NCBI GenBank assembly: GCA_903842345.1
Contig: CAIMLR010000039.1
Location: 3,984-67,983 of the forward strand
Source: an uncultured Myxococcales bacterium
GTDB taxonomy: Bacteria > Myxococcota_A > UBA9042
Length of the DNA stretch: 64,000 nucleotides
Reading direction: 5' to 3'
The translations under genes were made by a program, and so were the position numbers. Positions 16,165 to 25,240 of the stretch are shown here, in pieces. A model generated the notes under the pieces. It ran no database searches. It was not told the DNA's origin and worked only from the letters and a program-made list of their open reading frames with translations. Position 1 is the first letter of the stretch. Each line of letters begins with the position of its first letter.

Positions 16165-16416
16165 TTACGCGCGGTCGAGCTGGCGGACGAGCGAGGCGAC
16201 GGTGTCCGACGGAGTCGCGCCAACGCCCACCCAGTGGTCATAGCGGGCGCGTTCAAGCGTCACGCGACCATGGAAGGCGCCCTTGGCGGCGGGATCGTAC
16301 GTGCCGATCTGCTCCAGAAAACGGCCGTCGCGGCGCGCTTCATTCGGCGCGGCAACGATGCGGTAGTACGGGTGTTTTTTGCCGCCAAAGCGGGCCAGAC
16401 GAATGCGAACCGACAT
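16165..16416 (-). CDS. rpsP: 30S ribosomal protein S16
   Basis: MSVRIRLARFGGKKHPYYRIV...RDGRFLEQIGTYDP...GATPSDTV. Confidence 0.98.
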   Translation of the reverse strand: MSVRIRLARFGGKKHPYYRIVAAPNEARRDGRFLEQIGTYDPAAKGAFHGRVTLERARYDHWVGVGATPSDTVASLVRQLDRA

Positions 16417-16464
16417 GAGACCTCAACAATTTGACCGGCACCGGGACACGGCGCGGGGGTGAAA

Positions 16465-16493
16465 AGTCTAATGGGGATCGGAGGTCGTGTCAA
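16465..16493 (-). promoter_or_regulatory. Sigma-70 promoter of the rpsP operon
   Basis: Minus strand TTGACA-17 nt-TAGACT, about 50 bp upstream of the rpsP ATG. Confidence 0.8.
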
Positions 16494-16733
16494 TCTGATC
16501 CGCCACTCGCGGGAAGAATGGCCGCCGTTGACCGCCGTCCATGGGCGCGCCGCGGTCGGTTGTGGCGGCGGCAATGGCCAAAACGTGACGACGACCGCGA
16601 AGTCCCGCAAGTCCGCCGTAAACTTCCGGAGTTTGCGCGCTGGTTCACCGCGAGTTTACTTGCCGCTGGGCGCTGCGATCCGGTACGCTGAGGGATTGCG
16701 CCGATGGTGACAAACCGGCGAGGTGAACTGTCC

Positions 16734-18923
16734 ATGCGGATGCGGCCGACCAGCTTTCAAAATAGCCCAATTTTCGCCCTCTTGCCCCGCCTCGCTGCGG
16801 CGCTGATCGGCGTCTCAACCGCCATCGCATGCAGCACGCCGGCGGCCAACAAGGATGGCGACGCGATCGCGGACGACGCGACAACGGGCGACACCGGTGC
16901 TGAACTCGGCGCGGGACAGATCTGCCTGCCCGGCAGCGCGACCTCCTGCGCGACGGACGACTACGTGACGCGCTGCAACGACGGCGGCACGGCGATCGAG
17001 ACCGTGCTCTGCACCAACGGCGACGGCGAACCCACCAAGTGCTTTGAGAATGGCCGGTGCAGCGACTGCGTGCCAGGCCTCGGCAAGCGGTGCGCGCCAA
17101 CCGACTCGACCGTGGTCGAACATTGCGACGACACCGGCCGCTGGGTCACCGACCAGCAATGCGACGCGGCCAGCGGCCAGCAATGCGCGCCCGGCGGATT
17201 GTGCCAAAAAGCCTGCGACATCAACGTAAAAGCCAACAGCTACGTCGGATGCGCATTCTGGGCAACGGACCTCGACAACGCGTTCGTCCCCGGCGGCGCG
17301 CGGAGCTATTTTGACGCCGCCAACGCGCAGTACGCCATCGTCGTGTCCAATCCGTCAGACAAGCTGACCGCGGACATCAAGATCGGCTACTTTGAGGACG
17401 GCAAGGAACAGGAGCAGACGCTCGACTCCCAGAACAATCCGCTGGATTTGTCGCCACTTGGCCCGGGCGATCTGCGGACGTTCCTGCTGCCGCCGCGCAA
17501 CATCGACGCCACGTCATCGACGTTCCAGGCGTGGCGGGTCACGTCGTCGGCACCGATCGCGGCGTATCAGTTCAACCCGCTTGAAAACGTTGGCGTTTAC
17601 TCCAATGATGCGACGAATCTGCTGCCGGAAGAGCTGCTTGGCACCTACTACATCGCCATGACGCGCGAGGAGACGTTCTCCATTTTGCGCAGCTTCATCA
17701 CGATCGTCGCGACCCAGGGCGGCCAGACCAGCGTGACCGTGACGTTCCCGTCGCCCGACAATGACGCCAGCGGCGGAACGTGGCCGCTGCTCACGCTCGC
17801 CAGCCAGGATGGCGCGATCAAGTCCTACAAAAGCGGCGAATCTGCGTCGTTCACGCTGAGCCAGTGGGGCACGCTGAACATCGAGACGAACATGGTCGGC
17901 AGCGATCTGACGGGCGCGGTCATCCTGGCCGACAAGAAGATCGCGGTGTTCGCCGGCAGCGAAGCCGCCAACGTGCCCAACACCAACCACTGCGACGTCG
18001 CCAAATGCAAGCCGGGCGACCTGAGCACCGGCCAAAAGTGCGGCCACTGCGTGTGGGACGGCAAGACGCAATGCGCGAGCAACGACGACTGCGGCGCCTT
18101 TGTGATCTGCTGCGCCGACCATCTGGAAATGCAGATGTTTCCGGTGCCGGTGTGGGACAACCACTACGTGGCCGTGAAGCTGTTTCCGCGCGGCAAGGAG
18201 CGCGATTCGTGGCGCATCCTGGCGGCGACCGACGGCACGATCGTCAATCTGGTGCCCGCGCCCAAAGATCCCAAGGGCAAGGCGGTGAGCGTGCCGGTGC
18301 TGAACAAGGGCGAGTGGTACGAGTTCGAAACCGTCGACAACTTTGAGATTCTGTCCCGCCATGAGGACAAGACGCCCGCGCCGGTGTTGATCGGCCACTT
18401 CATGGCCAGCCAGGACGCCCCGGATCCCGGCGCGCAACCGGACGATGCCGGCACAGGCGATCCCGCGTTTCTGTTGGCGATTCCGTCGGCGCAGTGGCGC
18501 TCGGAGTACGTGTTCCTGACGCCGGACAAATACCGCTTCAACTACATCTCCGTCGCGGCGCCGATCCACCGCGTCTGCGGCACGACGACGGCAAACAAGG
18601 GCAAGACCTGCACGACGGACAGCGATTGCGGCGATGGCGCGGCGACCAACGCGTGCGCGGACGACACGGTCGTGACGTTTGACGGCCAGCCGGTGCCGCC
18701 CGACCAATTCTTCAACATTTCCAAGAGCTACAAAGGCGCGCGCTTTGCCGTGAACGCAGGTCCGCACACCGTGCGTGGCCTGCCGGTGCTCGGCACGGAT
18801 GGCAAGCCCGCGGAATCGCGCGTTGCCGTCGACGTCTACGGTTTTGACCAGTACGTGTCCTACGGCTATCCCGCCGGGCTGGACTTGAAGGACCTGAAAT
18901 ACGTCAAGCAACCGGGACAGTGA
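16734..18923 (+). CDS. IgGFc-binding-domain lipoprotein with Cys-rich repeats
   Basis: Lipobox AIAC, Cys-rich N-terminal region, and motifs SYVGCAFWATDLDN, AYQFNPL..YSNDA..LLP, ADHLEMQMFPV..W, GDPAF...QWR..Y.F and SYGYPAG. Confidence 0.85.
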   Translation: MRMRPTSFQNSPIFALLPRLAAALIGVSTAIACSTPAANKDGDAIADDATTGDTGAELGAGQICLPGSATSCATDDYVTRCNDGGTAIETVLCTNGDGEPTKCFENGRCSDCVPGLGKRCAPTDSTVVEHCDDTGRWVTDQQCDAASGQQCAPGGLCQKACDINVKANSYVGCAFWATDLDNAFVPGGARSYFDAANAQYAIVVSNPSDKLTADIKIGYFEDGKEQEQTLDSQNNPLDLSPLGPGDLRTFLLPPRNIDATSSTFQAWRVTSSAPIAAYQFNPLENVGVYSNDATNLLPEELLGTYYIAMTREETFSILRSFITIVATQGGQTSVTVTFPSPDNDASGGTWPLLTLASQDGAIKSYKSGESASFTLSQWGTLNIETNMVGSDLTGAVILADKKIAVFAGSEAANVPNTNHCDVAKCKPGDLSTGQKCGHCVWDGKTQCASNDDCGAFVICCADHLEMQMFPVPVWDNHYVAVKLFPRGKERDSWRILAATDGTIVNLVPAPKDPKGKAVSVPVLNKGEWYEFETVDNFEILSRHEDKTPAPVLIGHFMASQDAPDPGAQPDDAGTGDPAFLLAIPSAQWRSEYVFLTPDKYRFNYISVAAPIHRVCGTTTANKGKTCTTDSDCGDGAATNACADDTVVTFDGQPVPPDQFFNISKSYKGARFAVNAGPHTVRGLPVLGTDGKPAESRVAVDVYGFDQYVSYGYPAGLDLKDLKYVKQPGQ

Positions 18924-19014
18924 GCCATCGCGGCGCGCCCCGATTGCCCTGCCCCGCTGTTTGCCGAATCACGTTGGCCGTTCCATCGGCACCGTGCGGT
19001 TTGAAGGAGTCGCC

Positions 19015-22000
19015 ATGAATCCGCAACGCCAGTCGTTCCGACCGCTTGCCCACGTGTTGCTGCTGCTGGGCGTCGTCCACGGCCTCGCGCTGACCGCGTG
19101 CAGTTCACCGTCTTCCGGCGGCCAAGCCAATCAGGCCGATCAGGACGTCGCGACCGGCGATGCAACGGCGACCGACGCGATCGCGGGGAAGGACGCGATT
19201 GCCGCCTCCGACGCAAGCACGCAGACACAAGCCGGTTTCTCGCTTGAATCGCTGAGCCCGTCTGAAGGACGCGCAAGCGGCGGCGAATCCATCGTGCTCA
19301 ATGGCCACGGCTTCACGGACGGCGTCCAGGTGATCTTCGGCAGCGCGCCGCTCGACGCGGCTGTCGTGTACGTGATCGACGAATCGCAAATCCAGATCAC
19401 CACGCCGCCGCATGAGACGGGGCTTGTGGACGTGACGGTCGTGCTGCCGGGCGACAAGCCCAAGTCGGCGTCGCTGGCCAAGGCGTACCTGTATTTCAAC
19501 GACGTGCTCGTGACCAAGGTCGATCCGCCGCAGGGTCCGACGGCGGGCGGGACGGCGATCAGCATCCACGGCACCGGCTTCACGGGCGACTGTCAGGTCC
19601 TGGTTGGCGGCAAGCAGGCGCTGAACGTCCAGGTGGTGTCCGACGACACCGTGACGGCCATCACGCCGCCGGGCGCGTTTGGCGCGGTGCCGGTTCACGT
19701 CATCAACACGCGCGGCACAGGCCTGCTCAAGAAAGGCTTCTTCTACACCGCGGCGCCGACCATCACGTCCGTTTCGCCTGCTTCCGGTCCCACCGTCGGC
19801 GGCACACAGGCGATTGTCCACGGCACCGGCTTCAGCGCCGACGTTGACCTCCAAATCGGCGCCGGCAAGGCCACCGTCATCAGCGTGAAGGGCAGCACGG
19901 AAGCGCACATCACCACGCCGCCGGGCGCCGCGGGCAAAACGGACGTGACGGCGACAACCGCGTTTGGCGCCAACACCCTGGCGGGCGGTTACGTCTACTC
20001 CGACGACACCGGCGCGGCTGCCACGCAAATCCTGTCGATTGCCCCGCCAAGCGGCCCGTTGGCCGGCGGCAACACCGTCGCCCTCATCGCCACCGGACTC
20101 ATTGCCAAGAGCGACACGACGGTCCTGTTCGGGCAGAAACTCGCGGAAATCCTCAGCGTCGACGCCGTCGCCCACACGGCGCTCGTCTCCGTGCCCGCGG
20201 GCAGCGCGGTCGGCGCGGTCGACGTCACGCTCATGACGTCCAAAGGCACCGACAAGGCGACTGGCGGCTACACCTACAACGATGTCCTCACCGTCACTGG
20301 CATCTCGCCCTCGGCGGGCCCCAGCGAAGGCGGCACCAAGATCGTCATCCACGGCAGCGGCTTCAGCAAAGGCAGCGTCAACGTCAAGATCGGCGCGCTG
20401 GCGGCGAGCGCCGTTGCCATCGTCAGCGACAGCGAAATCCAGGCCATCACGCCACCCGGCCAGCCCGGTTATGCCGACGTCACCGTGCTCAACGACGTCG
20501 CGGCGGTCACGCTCACCGCCGGCTACACGTACACCGGCGGCAAATTGGCGCTCTACGTCGTCTACCCGCCGATGGGCGCGCAGGCGGGCGGCACGCTTGT
20601 CCACGTCTACGGCCAGGGCTTTGACGCGGGCATGGGCGTCACGTTCGGCGGCAATCCGGCGACGCACTTCACGTTCGTCGATCCCGGCCACGTCACGGTC
20701 AAGACGCCGCCCGGCAAGGTCGGCTCGGTCGACGTCGGCGTCACGGTCAAGGACGGCAAGGCGACTTTGACCAATGGCTACGCCTACTTCAACCCCATGT
20801 CCGGCAACGGCGGCACGTGGGGCAGCACCGTCGACGGCTCCGTCAACATCACCGTCCTGGACGCCAGCAACAACGCCGCCATTCCCGACGCGTTCACGAT
20901 GCTGTGGACCGATCCGACGACGCCGTACCAGGGCTACACCAACGCCGATGGCCAGATCACCTTCTCCGGCGACGACTTGAGCGGCAAACAGATGATCTCC
21001 GCATCCAAGACTGGCTACGACGCCGCCTCCGTGGTGCTGTTTGACGCGCAAAACGTCACGGTGCACCTGCATCCGACCTCGCCGCCCTCGCCCGGCGGCC
21101 CGCCGCCTGGGCAGATTCCGCCGACGATTTCTGGCCACGTGACCGGCGTCGACAAGTACGTCTTTGTGCCCAACGGCGACTGCAACCAGTACACCGGCCA
21201 GGGTCCGGGCGCGACGTGCAACGCGTGCTCCGCGGACAGCCAGTGCGGCGCGGGCTTCGCGTGCTTGGACATCGGCGCCGACGGCAGCGGCAACACCAAC
21301 GGCAAGCGCTGCGTCGCCGATTGCGGCCAAGGCCAAGGCTGTCCGGCGCAGTTCAAGTGCGCGGGCGTCGGCACGTCCGGCTTCCGCTGCATCCCCGCCG
21401 CGGGCGAGATCGCGTCATTCTGCCTGCATTCCAAGCCGGCGCTGTTCAGCCAGGACGACTACCCGGCCGAAGGCCCGGGCTTCACCGCCGATCCGCTGAA
21501 AGCCTACGCGTACAAAATCGAAGTCGCGCCGGGTGAGCAGGCCGTCATCTGCTTTGGCGGCTACAAGACCTTTGGCGCGGTCCTGCAGGCCGACGACGCG
21601 ACGTCCATGGCCGCGTTCACGCCGACCGTCATGGGCATCAAGCGCCACGTGATGGTGCAGCCGGAGGAGCAGGTCACCGGCGTGGACGTCAAGCTGGACA
21701 CGCCGCTGGGCCAAACCGCGTCCGTCCGCCTCGACCAGCCGCCGACGTGGGGCGCGCCGGCGTCGACCATCATCAACTACGTCCAGCCGCAGCTGATCCT
21801 CGGCTCCGATGGCGCGCTGCGCTGGCCGACGCGCGCCTACAAGTTCGAGTTCGACGTTGATCCGAGCTTCATGACGTTGACCAACCTGCCCAACAGCTTC
21901 TCGGGCGATCTCGCCGACGCGTCCTTGACCCTTGAGACGTTCGTTTTTGACCTGAACGAGGCGACGCAGCTGCCGCGCTCCATCAACATCAAGGACAACG

Positions 22001-23250
22001 TGCGCACTTTGGCCGACGACCGGATGATTCGCCGCGTGGTCGGCGGCGACTTCGAATCCGTGGAAACCGGCGTCAAAAAGAACATCTACGGCATGTGGGG
22101 CACCAGCGCGCAGAACGTCTATGCAGTCGGCGCGCTCGGTTCGCTGTGGCACTGGGACGGCGGCGGCTGGACGCAGCAGGCCACGGTCGCCAAGGCCGAT
22201 TGGCGCGGCGTCTTCGGCGTCGACGCACAGAACATCTTCGCCGTCGGCTTGGCCGGCACCGCCGCCGTTTTTGACGGCATGACGTGGAAAGTCGCCGCCG
22301 TCGCCGGTAACCAGAACCTCACTGGCGTCTTCGCCGCGACAAGCCCCGGCGGCATCGTCGCCTTCGCGTCGAGCCAATCCGGCATCTACAAATACGCCGC
22401 CGCGAGCGGTTGGCAAAAAGACAGCCTCTACAGCAACTTTCTTGCCATCCACGGCAGCGACGCGACGCACATGTGGGCCGTCGGCATGACCGGCGCGCTT
22501 GCCGCATGGGACGGCGCAAGTTGGACCAATCAGGCATCCGGGACGTCCATCGCGTTGCGCGACGTCTGGGCGGCGAGCGCGACGCTCGTCTACGCGGTCG
22601 GCGAGAAGGGCATCATCCTCAAGTACGACGGCAAGTCGTGGAAGCCAATGAACTCCGGCGTGACCACGACGCTATCCTCGGTTTGGGGCAACGCGGGCGA
22701 CGACGTGTGGGCCGTGGGCGCGCGCGGCGTGGTGCTGCACTACAACGGCAAGACGTGGCAGAAGGTGCCGGGCCAAGCGCTGGACAAGCTGCTGGACGCG
22801 GTGTGGACGTCGCCAGCGGGCGATCTGTTTGCCCTGGGCGAGCAGGAACTGCTGATCACGCCGCTCATCTATCCGCCGCTGGCCGTGATGCCCAAGCCGG
22901 ACGCCGTGCTCATCGGCAACAAGCTGAAGTGGAGCGTGGACACGAGCTATCCGGAGCCGCACTTCAACTGGGTGACAATCGGCGCGCCCAATCCGATGGC
23001 GCCGACGGATCCGAGCAAGGACACGCCGGTGTGGAACATCGTGCAAAAGGGCAGCGTGAGTGAAGTCGACCTGCCCGATTTTCCGTCGATCCAGGGCACG
23101 CCCGGGATTCCCAAAGGCAAGCAGCTGCGGCTGACCATCATCCGCGGCTACAAGGAAGGCTTTGACATCGACGCGTACACGGAGAACGACCTGAACGCGT
23201 ACTACTGGCACGCGTGGGCCGAGCACTCCTTCTTCTTTACCGCGCAGTAA
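19015..23250 (+). CDS. Large lipoprotein: 6 IPT/TIG domains, a carboxypeptidase-regulatory-like domain, a Cys-rich region and beta-propeller repeats
   Basis: ATG after AAGGAG; lipobox LTAC. Six repeats of P..G...GG....I.G.GF...TPP...Y.Y. C-terminal repeats of the type VWG....VWAVG..G..L.YDG..W. Confidence 0.85.
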   Translation: MNPQRQSFRPLAHVLLLLGVVHGLALTACSSPSSGGQANQADQDVATGDATATDAIAGKDAIAASDASTQTQAGFSLESLSPSEGRASGGESIVLNGHGFTDGVQVIFGSAPLDAAVVYVIDESQIQITTPPHETGLVDVTVVLPGDKPKSASLAKAYLYFNDVLVTKVDPPQGPTAGGTAISIHGTGFTGDCQVLVGGKQALNVQVVSDDTVTAITPPGAFGAVPVHVINTRGTGLLKKGFFYTAAPTITSVSPASGPTVGGTQAIVHGTGFSADVDLQIGAGKATVISVKGSTEAHITTPPGAAGKTDVTATTAFGANTLAGGYVYSDDTGAAATQILSIAPPSGPLAGGNTVALIATGLIAKSDTTVLFGQKLAEILSVDAVAHTALVSVPAGSAVGAVDVTLMTSKGTDKATGGYTYNDVLTVTGISPSAGPSEGGTKIVIHGSGFSKGSVNVKIGALAASAVAIVSDSEIQAITPPGQPGYADVTVLNDVAAVTLTAGYTYTGGKLALYVVYPPMGAQAGGTLVHVYGQGFDAGMGVTFGGNPATHFTFVDPGHVTVKTPPGKVGSVDVGVTVKDGKATLTNGYAYFNPMSGNGGTWGSTVDGSVNITVLDASNNAAIPDAFTMLWTDPTTPYQGYTNADGQITFSGDDLSGKQMISASKTGYDAASVVLFDAQNVTVHLHPTSPPSPGGPPPGQIPPTISGHVTGVDKYVFVPNGDCNQYTGQGPGATCNACSADSQCGAGFACLDIGADGSGNTNGKRCVADCGQGQGCPAQFKCAGVGTSGFRCIPAAGEIASFCLHSKPALFSQDDYPAEGPGFTADPLKAYAYKIEVAPGEQAVICFGGYKTFGAVLQADDATSMAAFTPTVMGIKRHVMVQPEEQVTGVDVKLDTPLGQTASVRLDQPPTWGAPASTIINYVQPQLILGSDGALRWPTRAYKFEFDVDPSFMTLTNLPNSFSGDLADASLTLETFVFDLNEATQLPRSINIKDNVRTLADDRMIRRVVGGDFESVETGVKKNIYGMWGTSAQNVYAVGALGSLWHWDGGGWTQQATVAKADWRGVFGVDAQNIFAVGLAGTAAVFDGMTWKVAAVAGNQNLTGVFAATSPGGIVAFASSQSGIYKYAAASGWQKDSLYSNFLAIHGSDATHMWAVGMTGALAAWDGASWTNQASGTSIALRDVWAASATLVYAVGEKGIILKYDGKSWKPMNSGVTTTLSSVWGNAGDDVWAVGARGVVLHYNGKTWQKVPGQALDKLLDAVWTSPAGDLFALGEQELLITPLIYPPLAVMPKPDAVLIGNKLKWSVDTSYPEPHFNWVTIGAPNPMAPTDPSKDTPVWNIVQKGSVSEVDLPDFPSIQGTPGIPKGKQLRLTIIRGYKEGFDIDAYTENDLNAYYWHAWAEHSFFFTAQ

Positions 23251-23290
23251 GCAAACCGCGCGCGGCCCGTGCCGGCGCTGTGGAATTCCC

Positions 23291-25240
23291 GTGACGAACT
23301 CGACTATCCATTGGCGATTCTGGACATGCGGCGCGCTGCTCGTGCTCCTCGCGGCGTGCGGCACGCCAGCCAGCAGCGCCAGCAACGACGCAACGGCCAA
23401 CAGCGACGCGAGCAGCGACAGCGCGATCGGCGACGCGAGCAGCGGCGACGCCGACAAGAGCGACGCCGACGTGGGCCCGCCGAGCTTGTTGACCGCGCGC
23501 TCCCTCCGTTTTGACGAAGACCTGACCGCGGCATGGGGCAGCGACGCCGACGACGTGTGGTTTGTCGGCAAGGCCGGCCGCGTTCTGCACTGGAATGGCG
23601 CGACGCTGAGCCCGCGCGACGCCGGCACCCAGAAAGACCTCTTCAGCGTCTGGGGCAAGAGCGCCAACGAGGCGTACATCGTCGGCGACGGCGTGATCCT
23701 GCGCTGGGACGGCAAGAGCTGGAGCAACGAGGCACCCGACGGCACCGGCATCCTCCGCGGCGTCCACGTGCCCGCCGACGGCTCGACCGTGTTGACGTGT
23801 GGCGACGGCGGCGTCGTGCTCCGCCGGAGCAGCGCCGGCAAGTGGCAGAGCGAGGAGACCGCCAGCAAGCTCAACCTCCAGGCCATCTGGGCCAGCAGCG
23901 CCAGTCAGGTCTGGGCGGTCGGCGAACAGGGCCGCGCGCTGCGGCTCTCCGGCGGCGTCTGGGGCGAAACGGACATGCCCGGCGCGGCCAGTCGGACGGT
24001 GCGCGCAGTCGTCGGAACCCTCGACGGCCGCATGTTTGCCTGCGGCGACGGCGGGTACCTCGCCGCGACGGACGACACCGCGACGTGGCAGCAGACCTTG
24101 GCCAACGATGGCGACACCCCCCGCGACCTCCGAGGCTTGTGGGCGCGCAGCAGCACGGACGCGTGGGCGATCGGCAGCTCCGGCGCGCTGCTCCACTTCG
24201 TCGGCAAGAAATGGCAAGTGGATAGCATCGCCGGCACGTACATGAAGACCGCCAGCTTTTTCGGCCTGTTTGGCAGCAACGACAGCAACGGCCAACCGTT
24301 TGGCTTCGCCGTCGGCATCGCGGGCGCTGGCCTGCAGTTCTCCGCCGGTCAGCCCGACAACGCCGACCCGCAGTTGCAGGACGACCGCTGGCTCGATTTT
24401 CGCGCGGAGACGGTCGCTGACCTGAAGACCGTGCAGGCCGACAGCGACGGCCGCCTCATCACGTGCGGAAGCAGCGGCGTCGCGCTCCTCGCCAAGGACA
24501 GCCAGGCGCCGTTCTATGACCTCGCAGCGCCCGTCACCGGGGCGGACATCGTCGACTGCACGCTGCGCAACGGCGAAGCGTGGTTGGTCGGCCCGAGCGG
24601 CGCGATCCTGCACGCCAACGTCCAGACGGCCGGCAGCGCCTGGAGCCTCGACAAGCCGGCCAACACCAAGAAGCTCAGCGGCATTGCGCGGCTGGGCAAT
24701 GACCTGCTCGTGGTCGGCGATGGCGGCGTCGCGCTGCACAAGGTGGCCGACGGCGCGTGGCAGGCGGAGACGACGGGCGTGCAATTCAAACTGCGCAGCG
24801 TCGCGGCGACCGGGGAAGTCGCGTACGCGGTTGGCGAGTTGGGCACCGTGCTCAGGCGCGACGCGGCGGGCACGTGGACAAAGGAAACGACCGGCAACCT
24901 CGGCCAGTTCTCGCGCGTGACCGCGTGGGGCGACGGCGAAGCGGCGGCGGTGACGGAGGAAGGTACGCTGCTGGTGCGCACTGCCGGCGCGAGCGGCGCG
25001 TGGAAGCAGATGTCGGAGACGCCGGGCCAGCTGCTCTACGGCATCGCGCGGCGGACCGACGGACTGCTGCTCGCGGTTGGCTACGCCGGCACGCTTGTCA
25101 CCGGCCAGCCTGGCGGACCGTTCACCAACCATCCCAAAAACGTCCCGAATCTGCTCAGCAGCATCGCGTGCGGCGCGAACGGCTGTGTCGTCGTGGGTCA
25201 AAAAGGCGGCATCTTCCAGGTCGCGGAGGCGATTCCATGA
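23291..25240 (+). CDS. Beta-propeller (YCF48/BNR-like repeat) lipoprotein
   Basis: Lipobox LAAC, Asp/Ser/Ala linker, and many L..vW....w.VG..G..l repeats. Confidence 0.8.
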   Translation: MTNSTIHWRFWTCGALLVLLAACGTPASSASNDATANSDASSDSAIGDASSGDADKSDADVGPPSLLTARSLRFDEDLTAAWGSDADDVWFVGKAGRVLHWNGATLSPRDAGTQKDLFSVWGKSANEAYIVGDGVILRWDGKSWSNEAPDGTGILRGVHVPADGSTVLTCGDGGVVLRRSSAGKWQSEETASKLNLQAIWASSASQVWAVGEQGRALRLSGGVWGETDMPGAASRTVRAVVGTLDGRMFACGDGGYLAATDDTATWQQTLANDGDTPRDLRGLWARSSTDAWAIGSSGALLHFVGKKWQVDSIAGTYMKTASFFGLFGSNDSNGQPFGFAVGIAGAGLQFSAGQPDNADPQLQDDRWLDFRAETVADLKTVQADSDGRLITCGSSGVALLAKDSQAPFYDLAAPVTGADIVDCTLRNGEAWLVGPSGAILHANVQTAGSAWSLDKPANTKKLSGIARLGNDLLVVGDGGVALHKVADGAWQAETTGVQFKLRSVAATGEVAYAVGELGTVLRRDAAGTWTKETTGNLGQFSRVTAWGDGEAAAVTEEGTLLVRTAGASGAWKQMSETPGQLLYGIARRTDGLLLAVGYAGTLVTGQPGGPFTNHPKNVPNLLSSIACGANGCVVVGQKGGIFQVAEAIP

